From an uncultured cyanobacterium (lineage in GTDB: Bacteria; Cyanobacteriota; Cyanobacteriia; Cyanobacteriales; CAWCAG01): 64,000 nucleotides of DNA. Within the stretch, counting starts at the first letter, position 1, and every line of letters begins with the position of its first letter. Positions 1 through 9,907 of this stretch are shown here, piece by piece. The notes under the pieces were generated by a model, which searched no databases, was not told where the DNA came from, and worked only from the letters and a program-made list of their open reading frames with translations. Location of the stretch: positions 96,001 through 160,000 of the forward strand of contig CAWDOD010000007.1 of NCBI GenBank assembly GCA_963803805.1, read 5' to 3'. The position numbers and the translations under genes were made by a program.

Positions 1-2
1 GA

Positions 3-2393
3 AGTAACTTATTCCATAGTTTTACTCAACTAGGGCTACAACAAAATGAAATAGTTAACTTTCTCTCCCAACCTCACATCAATAATATTCTGGGCAGGGT
101 AACTGGCGGTAATATTTCTGTAATTGAAGGATTAATTCAGGTTAGTGGTAGTAACGCTAACCTCTTTTTAATGAATCCGGCTGGCATTATCTTTGGTAGC
201 AATGCCAGATTAGATGTACCAGGGAGTTTCACTGCCACAACAGCCAATGCTATTGGTTTTGAGGGGGGTTGGTTTCAATCTTTGGGGGAGAATGAGTATC
301 AAAGCTTAATAGGTTCACCTACCAGCTTTGCTTTCGGTAATGGGCAAACGGGAGGAATAGTTAACCAAGGAGATTTAACGGCTGCTAACCTCAGCCTAAT
401 TGGTGGGACAGTAATTAATACAGGCAACCTCAATGCCCCAGGAGGAAATATTACTATAACCGCAGTGCCTGGGGGCAAAATGGTACGACTTTCTCAACAG
501 GGAATGATTTTAGGATTAGAAGTACCAGAAGATGCGATCGCCAATGGTATAACTCCCTTAGATTTACCAAAACTATTAACCACACCCGTAGAAGGAATAA
601 CCGAAATAGCTAAAGGGGATACAGTTGTTAGTGGTAGTGTAGTTGCAGATACCGTTAACCTTGGTGCAGTGAACCCTATTAAGTTGGGAAGCAATGGTCA
701 AATAATTACGGGGAATAGTAAGTTTAGCACTCCTACAGTAACCATATTCCCAGCAAGTGAAACAGATCCTCTTGCTTACATCTTCCTAGATGCCACAGTA
801 CCAGATTATCAAAGCTTTCTCTACAACGGCAAACCAGGTTCAACTACGGTGGTGGTAACGCCCGAAGAAAGGGGGATTTCAGTTGTTAGTGATAAGTTAG
901 CAACTAGTCAACAGGTTGATGAGATACATATTGTTTCTGAGGGGAATCAGGGGAACTTTTGGTTAGGTAGGGACTTTGTAAGTAGTGAGAATGTTGGGCA
1001 GTATGAGACTCAGTTGCAGGGTTGGCAAGACGCTTTGAGTGTGGGGGCAGATATTTTAATTTATGCTTGTTTAGCTGCTTTGGGAGAAGCTGGGGACAGT
1101 TTGTTAAATCAGGTTGCTGATTATACTGGGGCGGATGTGGCCGGTTCGACGAATATTACCGGGGCAACGAGTTTAGAGGGAGATTGGCAGTTAGAGAAGA
1201 GTTTGGGGCCGATTGAGGCAGACTTAGCTTGGCAGCAAGAGATAGTTGAGAGTTACAACCATAAGTTGCAGTTATTTACTGTCACTAATGCTAATGATGC
1301 GGGTGGGGGTTCGTTGCGTGAAGCTATTAATAGTACAGCAGCTTTAGCGGGTGCTGATGAAATTCGCTTTAGTAATAATTTTACCATTAACCTGGCTTCT
1401 GGGGAATTAGCGATCGCAGGGCAGGAGTTAACTATTGATGGAGGAGTTAATAGCATTGTTGTTGATGGAGGTAAGCAATTGCGTATATTTAATATTAGCA
1501 ACGGTGCAGAGGTTACTCTCAACAATTTAACTATTCAGAATGGTAACGCGGCTGATTCTGGGGGCGGTATACGCAACCAAGATAGTAGTTTGAGGATAAC
1601 TAATAGCAACATTACTAATAATTTTTCTGCTGATGACGGTGGGGGAATTTTTAGTGTAGGGCAAAACGGTAATATAGCCACGTTAGAAGTTGTTAATAGT
1701 ACGATTTCTAGTAATCGGGCTGATGGTAGTGGTGGCGGTATTTCCAGTTTGGCTTTGAATGGTGGCACGGCGATCGCGACAGTAAGCAATGCTGGGATTT
1801 TTAGAAATACTTCTTTAGAAATTGGCCTTGGTGGTGGTGGTGTTGCGGCTGAAGCAATAGGAGGAGGTTCGACTTCTACATTCAACTTAACTAATACTAC
1901 TATCTCCGGTAATAGTAGCGTAGACAATGGTGGTGGTGTTTCTAATCGAGGGACTGAATCGGGGCAATCTACAATGGCAATTAGTAACAGTACTATATCC
2001 AATAACCAAGGAACAGGAAGTAGCTTTGATGGCGGTGGTGGGGTTGCTAATGAGTCTTTTCTTAATGGTAATGCAGTACTAACTATAACCAATAGTGAAA
2101 TTTCTAATAATACTAGCGATAGTCAAGGTGGTGGTGGTGTAATTAATTGGGGAAACCTTACTGGTAGCACAACAGTAGATATTACCAACACTACTATCTC
2201 TGGAAACTCTACTAATAATAGAGGCGGTGGTATTTTCAACTTAGTGCAAGGTGATGCTACTAGTAGTTTGAATGTTTCTGATGTCACTATTAATAACAAC
2301 ACTGCTGCTAGCGATGGTGGGGGAATTTTGAGTTTAGTTTTGGATGGTGGTACTACTGTTGTAACAGTAAGCAATGCTGGAATGTCTGACTAA
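3..2393 (+). CDS. Filamentous haemagglutinin/TPS-domain exoprotein, N-terminal part (TPS domain, DUF4347-like, GGG[IV] beta-helix repeats); begins before the window and is frameshifted into the next ORF
   Basis: Frame is open from position 3 (SNLFHSF...GRVTGG...NLFLMNPAGIIFG, a cyanobacterial TPS motif). It has a DUF4347-like segment (IHIVSEGNQG...GDWQLE) and many GGGI/V..N.TIS.N repeats. Confidence 0.85.
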   Translation, partial: SNLFHSFTQLGLQQNEIVNFLSQPHINNILGRVTGGNISVIEGLIQVSGSNANLFLMNPAGIIFGSNARLDVPGSFTATTANAIGFEGGWFQSLGENEYQSLIGSPTSFAFGNGQTGGIVNQGDLTAANLSLIGGTVINTGNLNAPGGNITITAVPGGKMVRLSQQGMILGLEVPEDAIANGITPLDLPKLLTTPVEGITEIAKGDTVVSGSVVADTVNLGAVNPIKLGSNGQIITGNSKFSTPTVTIFPASETDPLAYIFLDATVPDYQSFLYNGKPGSTTVVVTPEERGISVVSDKLATSQQVDEIHIVSEGNQGNFWLGRDFVSSENVGQYETQLQGWQDALSVGADILIYACLAALGEAGDSLLNQVADYTGADVAGSTNITGATSLEGDWQLEKSLGPIEADLAWQQEIVESYNHKLQLFTVTNANDAGGGSLREAINSTAALAGADEIRFSNNFTINLASGELAIAGQELTIDGGVNSIVVDGGKQLRIFNISNGAEVTLNNLTIQNGNAADSGGGIRNQDSSLRITNSNITNNFSADDGGGIFSVGQNGNIATLEVVNSTISSNRADGSGGGISSLALNGGTAIATVSNAGIFRNTSLEIGLGGGGVAAEAIGGGSTSTFNLTNTTISGNSSVDNGGGVSNRGTESGQSTMAISNSTISNNQGTGSSFDGGGGVANESFLNGNAVLTITNSEISNNTSDSQGGGGVINWGNLTGSTTVDITNTTISGNSTNNRGGGIFNLVQGDATSSLNVSDVTINNNTAASDGGGILSLVLDGGTTVVTVSNAGMSD

Positions 2394-2416
2394 TACTTCT
2401 TCTGGTGGTGTAGCTG

Positions 2417-5098
2417 GTGGTGGTGCGATCGCAGCCGAAGGAAATGGACATAAATTCTACTTCTACATTCACTTTAACCAATAGTACTATTTCTGGTAAT
2501 AGTACCACAGACAATGGTGGTGGTGTTTCTAATGTTGCTACAAATTCTGGTAATTCTACAATGGAAATTATTAGTAGCACTATCTCTAATAATCAAGCAA
2601 CAAATAATGGTGGCGGAGGGGTCGCTAATGAGTCATTCAATGATGGCAATGCCGTACTAAACATAACAGACAGCGATATTTCTAATAATACTAGCAATAG
2701 TCAAGGTGGCGGTGGGGTAATCAATTGGGGAAACTTGACTGGTAGCGCTACAACAACAATTATCAACAGTAATATCTCTGGAAACTCTACTACTGGTGAG
2801 CAAGGTGGTGGAATTTTTAATCAAGTGCAAGGTAATGCTACTAGTAACTTAGACATCTTCGATAGTACAGTGACCAACAACACTGCCGCAAATGGTGCAA
2901 GTGGCGGCGGTATTACTAATAGTAGTAATGGCAATATGACCATCAACAATAGTACAATTACAGGAAACCGTGCTACTGCTGGTGATGGTGGTGGGGTTAA
3001 CAGTGGTGGCAATTTAACAATTAACAATAGTACTATTTCTAATAATACTGCTGGAAATAATGGCGGTGGAGTTGATAATCTTAGTACTCTGGTCATTAAC
3101 AACAGTACCATCTCCGGTAACACTGCTGGAAATAATGGTGGCGGTATCTACAATGGCTATTTCCAACCTCCTTCTCTAGTTGGTAATACAACCCTCAACA
3201 GCACTACGATTACCAACAACGATGCTACTAGTGACGGTGGCGGTGTTTTCAATGCTTCAGGGGGGACTGTAAACACTTTTAACACCATCATCGCTGATAA
3301 TAACGCAACTAACCCCGACGTATCAGGAAGCTTTAACGATCAAGGCAATAACCTCATCGGCAGTAGCAACGGTAGTACAGGCTTTACTACCAGTGATTTA
3401 GTAGGAACTTCTACAAACCCTATTGATCCAAAACTTGCCCCCCTGGGAGACTATGGGGGAACAACCCAAACCCATACCCTACTTCCTGGTAGCCCTGCTA
3501 TTAACGCTGGTAGCAACAACAACGCCCCCGCCACAGATCAAAGGGGAGTAACGAGGGGAACCGTTGATATTGGGGCAGTGGAAGTTAGTACAGACTTAGC
3601 TGTGAACAAAACCGTAGACAACCCCGTCACCTTTCCCGGTGACCAAATCACCTATACCATCACCATCACCAACAATGGTACAGATGCAGTCGGTGGCATT
3701 TCCCTCACCGATATTTTACCCGACGGCATCACCTTTACCTCTGCTGCTGCTAGCCAGGGTAACTATGATGTAGCTACGGGCATTTGGACTGTGGGAGACT
3801 TAGGTAGTAACTTAAATCCCCTTAATGGTACTACTGCCACCCTCGATATTACTGCCACAGTTAACTTAACTAGCCAAAACGTAACTATCAATAGTATCGG
3901 CGACCTTAGTTATATTGGGGAAGAAACCAACCCTGATAATAATCAAAGTAGTATTGCGATCGCCACTTTCCCCAATAACCTCCTCATCCCTCCACAAGAA
4001 AAAGACTTTAACCTAGAAGAACAAATCAAGCAATTAAATATCTCTCTCAACAAAAAGCAACCTTCTCCTCTCACCATTGATTTACCAGAAACAGAACAAC
4101 TGATTCAACAACTAGAGGCAAACATCACCAAAGCCTTTCAAGAGTACCTAGACTTACCAAACTATCTCCTCACTGACCTACAACAAGCCCGATCCATTCT
4201 CCAAAGGATAGAAAAAGCCACCAACATCAAGCCTGCCATCATCTACGCAAGATTTTTACCCGCCACCACTGATGCTTCGGTTGAAGGACAAAAGCTACCC
4301 CCTAACCAGCAACTCTCCTCAGAAAACAATTACCAACTAGAACTAATTCTCGTCACCGCCTCCGGAGAGGTAATCCGTCGCCCCCTTCCCAATACCACCA
4401 AAGCAGAGGTGATCCGCCAAGCTAAACACTTCCGCCGTACCATCACCAATCCTTTCCGGGAAGCAGCTTATATCAAACCCGGCCAACAATTTTATCAATG
4501 GTTAGTTGCCCCGTTAGAAGCAGATTTACAAGAGAGAGAAATTGATAACCTTGTTTTCATTCTTGATGAGGGTTTGCGTGGTGTTCCCCTGGCTGCAATG
4601 CTAGATGGCAACCAATTTGTCATCGAAAAATATAGCGTTGGTTTGATGCCCAGCCTCAGTTTAACTGATACCAACTATGTAGATGTCAAAAAACTTAAAG
4701 TACTAGCAATGGGTGCTGACACCTTCACTGAACAAAATCCTCTCCCGGCTGTCCCCAAAGAGCTATCCTTAATCACCAAGCAATTATGGTCTGGGAAGTC
4801 CTACCTCAATGAAAACTTCACCTTAAAAAATCTCAAACAAGCTAGAAATCAAGACCCCTTTGGTATCATTCACCTAGCTACCCATGGTGAATTCAAACCC
4901 GGTGAACCTAGTAACTCTTATATTCAACTTTGGGAACAAAAGCTATCTTTAGATAGTTTGCGAACTCTGGATTGGAATAATCCCTCTGTAGAATTATTAG
5001 TTTTGTCTGCTTGTCGCACCGCCTTGGGAAGTCGGGAAGCAGAATTAGGTTTTGCTGGCCTTGCGGTGCAAGCTGGGGTAAAATCTGCCCTTGGGTAG
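2417..5098 (+). CDS. Middle part of the same exoprotein: beta-helix repeats, choice-of-anchor-Q-like segment, DUF11-like domain, CHAT domain
   Basis: DPKLAPLGDYGGTTQTHTLLPGSPAINAG, DLAVNKTVD...ITYTITITNNG, and CHAT motifs IHLATHG and LVLSACRTALG. It continues the repeats of the upstream ORF. Confidence 0.85.
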   Translation: MVVRSQPKEMDINSTSTFTLTNSTISGNSTTDNGGGVSNVATNSGNSTMEIISSTISNNQATNNGGGGVANESFNDGNAVLNITDSDISNNTSNSQGGGGVINWGNLTGSATTTIINSNISGNSTTGEQGGGIFNQVQGNATSNLDIFDSTVTNNTAANGASGGGITNSSNGNMTINNSTITGNRATAGDGGGVNSGGNLTINNSTISNNTAGNNGGGVDNLSTLVINNSTISGNTAGNNGGGIYNGYFQPPSLVGNTTLNSTTITNNDATSDGGGVFNASGGTVNTFNTIIADNNATNPDVSGSFNDQGNNLIGSSNGSTGFTTSDLVGTSTNPIDPKLAPLGDYGGTTQTHTLLPGSPAINAGSNNNAPATDQRGVTRGTVDIGAVEVSTDLAVNKTVDNPVTFPGDQITYTITITNNGTDAVGGISLTDILPDGITFTSAAASQGNYDVATGIWTVGDLGSNLNPLNGTTATLDITATVNLTSQNVTINSIGDLSYIGEETNPDNNQSSIAIATFPNNLLIPPQEKDFNLEEQIKQLNISLNKKQPSPLTIDLPETEQLIQQLEANITKAFQEYLDLPNYLLTDLQQARSILQRIEKATNIKPAIIYARFLPATTDASVEGQKLPPNQQLSSENNYQLELILVTASGEVIRRPLPNTTKAEVIRQAKHFRRTITNPFREAAYIKPGQQFYQWLVAPLEADLQEREIDNLVFILDEGLRGVPLAAMLDGNQFVIEKYSVGLMPSLSLTDTNYVDVKKLKVLAMGADTFTEQNPLPAVPKELSLITKQLWSGKSYLNENFTLKNLKQARNQDPFGIIHLATHGEFKPGEPSNSYIQLWEQKLSLDSLRTLDWNNPSVELLVLSACRTALGSREAELGFAGLAVQAGVKSALG

Positions 5099-5360
5099 CC
5101 TTTGGACAGTTAGTGATGAGGGTACTTTAGGGGTAATGAGTAGTTTTTATCAACAACTCAAAACAGCCCCCATTAAAGCTGAGGCTTTGCGGCAGGCACA
5201 ACTAAAAATGTTACGGGGAGAAGTATATTTAGAAGATGGGCAGCTTGTTAGTGGCGATCGCCAAATAGCTTTACCTAATGCTTTGGCAGCTTTAGGAAAT
5301 CAAGACTTAACCCATCCCTACTACTGGAGTGGTTTCACTATGATTGGCAATCCTTGGTAA
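5091..5360 (+). CDS. C-terminal end of the CHAT domain, split off by a +1 frameshift
   Basis: SLWTVSDEGT...KAEALRQAQ...HPYYWSGFTMIGNPW. Removing one base in ctt ggg tag restores KSALGSLW. Confidence 0.85.
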   Translation: MGSLWTVSDEGTLGVMSSFYQQLKTAPIKAEALRQAQLKMLRGEVYLEDGQLVSGDRQIALPNALAALGNQDLTHPYYWSGFTMIGNPW

Positions 5361-5546
5361 CGAGTAATAAGGTGAATGAGGTTTATGGGTTTAGTTTGCG
5401 ATCCCAGGTAGCAACAATTACCAAGCAATTTATGTCCTACGGGTGCAGCGAAGCGATCGCAAAAGTAGTGGCTTAATCAAATAAACGTCTAGTTGCCCAC
5501 TTTGATTTAGAAACCCTCTCTAACTGAAAACACCATTATAAAAAAA

Positions 5547-6671
5547 TCAATCCTTCATTACTGACAATACATACTCTCCTTGATTAACTGACTGATTTGT
5601 AGATAAGTCAAAAACCAAACCGTTATCTTCAGAAGAAATACTAACTTTATGGGGTGATTTATGAGAACTTGAAAAGCATAAAACTTGGTAGAGCAACTCT
5701 CCTTTTTGAATTTGAGTGCCTAAAGCTACTCTATTTTGTATCATCCCACCAACTGAAGCGTAATACTTTTTAATAGCACTTTTAAGAACTAATTTAATCT
5801 CTGTTTTTTGTAACTGATTCAAAGACAAAACTTGTTTGTAAGTGAGATAATTAATAATACCGCGAACTCCTCTTTTAACAGAATCAGGCTCAATTACCAA
5901 ACCTGAACCTAATTCTAAAGTCCATGATTCTATATCAAAAGCAACACTTTGACCAACTTGAGCAAATTGCTTTTCTACTGCTAACCAAGGCTTTAAGAAT
6001 GCTTCATCAAAAGCATCACCATCATAGTCATTCATTAAAATACCACGTTCTAAAAGAAAGTATCTAGCACTTTCTTCTCTTCCAGAGAAACAATATAAAT
6101 AATCAATAGCTTGGTTACTAGAACTATGAATATCAATTACATAGTTAGCATCTAGACACAAAGATTGTAAATGATAGCGATAGCGTTCACGATAAGGAAC
6201 ACTACTAGGAGCGTTTATTCTCTGCCATTGCTGTTGAAATGCTGTTAATATCTTCTCCAGAAAGTTCTTTTGAATTAACTCGGTTTCCAAGGTTACTTGA
6301 CTAGCCACAAAATTGCCTAAATCACCACACTCTTTTTCATAATCCCAAAATATACGATTCCAATCTTTGCCATCATAGGGATTAAATCTTCCTGTAGAAA
6401 AGAAGTGGGTTCGTTCATTAGTAGCAAGGGGATTACAAACAGGAACCAACCAAATTTGACCTCTAAGTTGCTTTATATCTAAACCAGAAAAGAAATTTAT
6501 TAGTTCATAAATAACCTGATTACCAACAATTTCGCAGCCGTGAAGATTGGCTTGAATATAAGTTTTACTGCCTGGTTTAGAACCAATAAATTTATAGACT
6601 TGAATAGATAAATTGTCCCCCGAAGCAAGTTGCAGGACATCAATAGTAGCAATCTGCGGTTCCATTATCAA
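5547..6671 (-). CDS. Succinylglutamate desuccinylase/aspartoacylase (M14-like) family protein; likely start ATG 6665
   Basis: QANLHGCE, DWNRIF, IDIHSS and TLELG motifs, with a C-terminal biotinyl-like module. Confidence 0.85.
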   Translation of the reverse strand: MIMEPQIATIDVLQLASGDNLSIQVYKFIGSKPGSKTYIQANLHGCEIVGNQVIYELINFFSGLDIKQLRGQIWLVPVCNPLATNERTHFFSTGRFNPYDGKDWNRIFWDYEKECGDLGNFVASQVTLETELIQKNFLEKILTAFQQQWQRINAPSSVPYRERYRYHLQSLCLDANYVIDIHSSSNQAIDYLYCFSGREESARYFLLERGILMNDYDGDAFDEAFLKPWLAVEKQFAQVGQSVAFDIESWTLELGSGLVIEPDSVKRGVRGIINYLTYKQVLSLNQLQKTEIKLVLKSAIKKYYASVGGMIQNRVALGTQIQKGELLYQVLCFSSSHKSPHKVSISSEDNGLVFDLSTNQSVNQGEYVLSVMKD

Positions 6672-6685
6672 TTATCACTTATTAA

Positions 6686-6715
6686 TGATGCCTAATGGCA
6701 ACGGCAAGCCAAACA
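6686..6715 (+). repeat. SDR5-like 24-nt insertion in TGAT^CA
   Basis: tgat[gcctaatggcaacggcaagccaaa]ca. Confidence 0.8.
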
Positions 6716-6723
6716 ACTAGCAA

Positions 6724-7236
6724 CTAGCCATTATTAACTATCAATTGTAATTTGTAAATATGATTAAACAATTGCCAATAATATTGTTCTGGTAAACCAC
6801 AAGTTACAGCCCCTCGCAATACCACGTTAGAATACCAATCATTAGGAGCAATTTCTGCTGTGAGCTTATCAACAACTACATAGGTACGCACGTTTTGATA
6901 AACAGCCTGTTTAGTTTCTACTGTCACCATTTCTTGACGATAGCCGTTGTTCGGAACTTCTTCCCGTTTATCAAGAAGATTACTTAAACGCCAAGGCAAA
7001 CGGTAAAGCACTCCTTCCACAGAAGAGTTAGGATCGCAAACTACATCCAAGACCCCACAATTGCGACGGACTGAACGGCGATAAAATCCTAAACGATAAC
7101 CTTTAAGGGTTGCAGTGCCAATAATGTAGTGATGAGTATTTTCTTGCAGCGATCGCTTTAAATCGACTGGACACATACAAGAGCCATAGGCAAAGTAATC
7201 AAAATAATTAGGGTCGGATTTTGCTAGAGACTGCAT
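6724..7236 (-). CDS. Gamma-glutamylcyclotransferase family protein
   Basis: YFAYGSCM, VEGVLYRL, LDKRE motifs. Confidence 0.85.
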   Translation of the reverse strand: MQSLAKSDPNYFDYFAYGSCMCPVDLKRSLQENTHHYIIGTATLKGYRLGFYRRSVRRNCGVLDVVCDPNSSVEGVLYRLPWRLSNLLDKREEVPNNGYRQEMVTVETKQAVYQNVRTYVVVDKLTAEIAPNDWYSNVVLRGAVTCGLPEQYYWQLFNHIYKLQLIVNNG

Positions 7237-7402
7237 AAAAAAGTCAAAAGTAGATTAATCTCAGACAGAAAGTCTTTTGTTAGCTTTAAGGACTTTCTAC
7301 CTACAATCAAGCTAGGATACCAACTCTTTTCTGACGAAGCCAAGGGTAAATGGTTATCGTTACAAAGTCTTTACAAAAAGAGTAATATTTACCTTAGATT
7401 TC

Positions 7403-8614
7403 TTATTCCTCAACCGGAAACGCCCCCGGACGTACTTTTATCGCTTTAACAACTCCTTGACGTTTTACCTTAACTTCTAAGAGTTTACCAATTTCGCTTA
7501 CTTCCACCTGGGTTTGGACTTCTGCTGCGGTTGTTACAGATTCTTGCCCCACTTCTTGAATTACATCTCCTTCTTGAAAACCAGCTTGAGCTGCTGGAGA
7601 TTTAGGAAGAACACGAACAATGAGAACACCTTTTTCTTCTTCTATTTGTAAATTGAGTTCTTTATCTTGATTAATTTCTGCTTTAACATCGGGATCTAAA
7701 GTAACCATTTGAATGCCTAAGTAAGGATGCTCAACTTGTCCTTTACGAAATAGCTCTTCAGCAATACGTCGGGCAGTTTCTATGGGAATCGCAAAACCTA
7801 AACCTTGGGCTTCTGCCCTAATCGCTGTATTGATACCAATCACCTCTCCTTTGGCATTGAGGGAGGGGCCACCGGAGTTACCAGGGTTAATAGCAGCATC
7901 AGTTTGAATAAAACTAACTCTTTTATGGGGAACTCCTACTTGGGCGCTAGAACGACCTAAAGCACTAACAATACCTACAGTAACTGTATTATCTAATCCT
8001 AAAGGATTGCCGATGGCGATCGCCCATTCTCCAGGAGTTAAATCTGTGGTTTGACCTAATTTAACAGTGGGTAAGTTTTTTTGATCGATCTTAACCACGG
8101 CTACATCAGTCATAGGATCACTACCAATTACCTTACCTTCATAGGTTTGACCATTTTTTAGGGTTACTTCAACCAAATCTGAACCTTCTACCACATGGGC
8201 ATTGGTGATAATACGGCCGTTACCACTAAGAATAAATCCTGATCCTGTACCCCTCTCCACCCTGGGGTGAGATTCAGGAAGTTCTTCTGCACCAAAGAAG
8301 CGTTTGAAGAAAGGATGTTCCAAGGGTTTGATGTTTTGAGAAGAAAAATTACGGGCAGAATCAATACGAACTACCGCAGGGCCAACTTTTTTCACCGCAT
8401 CGGCAATAAAGTTGACATTACTTTGAGACACTGGGGCCGGAGGGAGTGAGGTAGATTGCAAAGAGGCAGGTATAACAGCAGGAGATTGCTTATTTTGCTC
8501 ATCCTGGGCTATTAAATAGAAACTGCCTAAGAAACCTGTACCACTGCCAAAAGCTAACAAACCTAGATAAATAAATAGCTGCTTGAAGGACATATTCATG
8601 CTTTTCCAGAGCAA
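7403..8614 (-). CDS. HtrA/HhoA/HhoB family serine endopeptidase with PDZ domain
   Basis: GTGSGFI, TNAHVV, IQTDAAINPGNSGG, C-terminal PDZ, N-terminal hydrophobic anchor. Confidence 0.95.
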   Translation of the reverse strand: MLWKSMNMSFKQLFIYLGLLAFGSGTGFLGSFYLIAQDEQNKQSPAVIPASLQSTSLPPAPVSQSNVNFIADAVKKVGPAVVRIDSARNFSSQNIKPLEHPFFKRFFGAEELPESHPRVERGTGSGFILSGNGRIITNAHVVEGSDLVEVTLKNGQTYEGKVIGSDPMTDVAVVKIDQKNLPTVKLGQTTDLTPGEWAIAIGNPLGLDNTVTVGIVSALGRSSAQVGVPHKRVSFIQTDAAINPGNSGGPSLNAKGEVIGINTAIRAEAQGLGFAIPIETARRIAEELFRKGQVEHPYLGIQMVTLDPDVKAEINQDKELNLQIEEEKGVLIVRVLPKSPAAQAGFQEGDVIQEVGQESVTTAAEVQTQVEVSEIGKLLEVKVKRQGVVKAIKVRPGAFPVEE

Positions 8615-8803
8615 AAATGATCGTTAAAAGTAGTAGACAAAATAAAATTCAGACCAAAATCAAGCTGCATCCCAGAAAATGGGATTGAGTTTTACTATAT
8701 AACTACTAGCCTAATAATTGTGTTCAATTCTATACCCCCTTTCACCAAAATAGTAGGGGGCTTATTCCCTCACAACACCTTATTAATATACAGTTGTCGC
8801 AAA

Positions 8804-9763
8804 TTATGTTTGTAAAGTTCCTTTACCGAAGAATTTAGGGGGTTCTTTGAGACTATAAATCTGGGTTTGTTGGGCAACAGCAGCGCGAATATACATTGGA
8901 GTTTGGAGCATTCCTAATAGGGTTATACCATCAATTAAGCGCAATCCTCCCTTAGTTTTTTCTTTTAATAGTTGATCCACAGCTTCGGGATCAGGGCGAG
9001 TGGCTATTTCAGTTTCTGAACAAAGGGCAAAACCCCAAGGAGAGGCATAGGTAGGGACATGGGAAGCATAGGAATGTACATGGGGAAATACAGCTTGTAA
9101 AGTCTTTACTAACCGGGCATGGAGGGTTATTTCTGCTGGGGCAACTGGTCCTGCTTGAATTACGGCGTAGCCTCCGGGGTTTAAAACTTGTTTGATTTTA
9201 CTGAAGTATTCTTTGGTAAATAGTGGAAAAGAAGGTCCTTCTTCAATGGGATCAGAAAGATCAGAGATGATGATGTCCCATTTTTCTGCGGTATTATCAA
9301 GTACTTCTAACGCATCAGCAATTAACAATTCTACACGGGGATCATCTAAGGAGTTTTGGTGCATTTCCGGTAAATGTTCCTGGCAAGCTGCTACCACCTC
9401 CCCATCAATATCAATCATCAATACCCGTTCAATACTTTGCCAACGTAAAACCTCCCTTACCGTTGCCCCTTCTCCACCACCGAGGACAAGAACTTTTTTT
9501 GGTGATTCGTGGGCGATCGCAGCAGGATGTACCAAGGCTTCATGATAAAGAAATTCGTCTCCAGTACAAGACTGCCATTTACCGTCAAGAACTAAAGCTT
9601 TACCATAGGCTCCAGTTTCCACAATATACATTTCTTGATAGGCAGTTTTCTGATAGGCAAGAATTTTAGTAATACCATGTTCGTAAACATCCCAAGGTGT
9701 GATGTATTCTTTAATCCACAAATCCGCTTTAAGTTCGCTACCAGCCATATTTTCAATGCTCAC
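8804..9763 (-). CDS. speE: Spermidine synthase / polyamine aminopropyltransferase; likely start ATG 9748
   Basis: LVLDG, YHEALVH, VLVLGGGEG, IISDLSDP motifs. Confidence 0.9.
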   Translation of the reverse strand: MSIENMAGSELKADLWIKEYITPWDVYEHGITKILAYQKTAYQEMYIVETGAYGKALVLDGKWQSCTGDEFLYHEALVHPAAIAHESPKKVLVLGGGEGATVREVLRWQSIERVLMIDIDGEVVAACQEHLPEMHQNSLDDPRVELLIADALEVLDNTAEKWDIIISDLSDPIEEGPSFPLFTKEYFSKIKQVLNPGGYAVIQAGPVAPAEITLHARLVKTLQAVFPHVHSYASHVPTYASPWGFALCSETEIATRPDPEAVDQLLKEKTKGGLRLIDGITLLGMLQTPMYIRAAVAQQTQIYSLKEPPKFFGKGTLQT

Positions 9764-9770
9764 TTATCAA

Positions 9771-9837
9771 TGTACGGCTTGCCGTTGCCGTTAGGCATCA
9801 ATGATCAATGATGTCTTCGACAAGGGCAAGCCCTACA
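9771..9837. repeat. Two divergent SDR5-like insertions (24 and 23 nt) in TGAT^CA, flanking an empty TGATCA
   Basis: tg[tacggcttgccgttgccgttaggc]atca-a-tgatca-a-tgat[gtcttcgacaagggcaagcccta]ca. Confidence 0.85.
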
Positions 9838-9907
9838 GTTATTAATTTACAGTTTGTCCCTTGTTATGGGGGGTTAGTTTCTAGTTTTTAGTTTTTTTAG
9901 CTTTGAC

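Noticed and set aside
494-3123. Minus-strand ORFs rich in PPP/LL, and similar shadow ORFs opposite the porin, MCO, cax and ilvD
   Set aside because: They are antisense shadows of Gly/Asn-rich or codon-biased genes on the other strand and have no recognisable motifs.
7358-7377. gttacaaa-gtc-tttacaaa as an RpaB HLR1 site
   Set aside because: The repeat period is 11 rather than the 10 expected for HLR1, so it is too weak to call.
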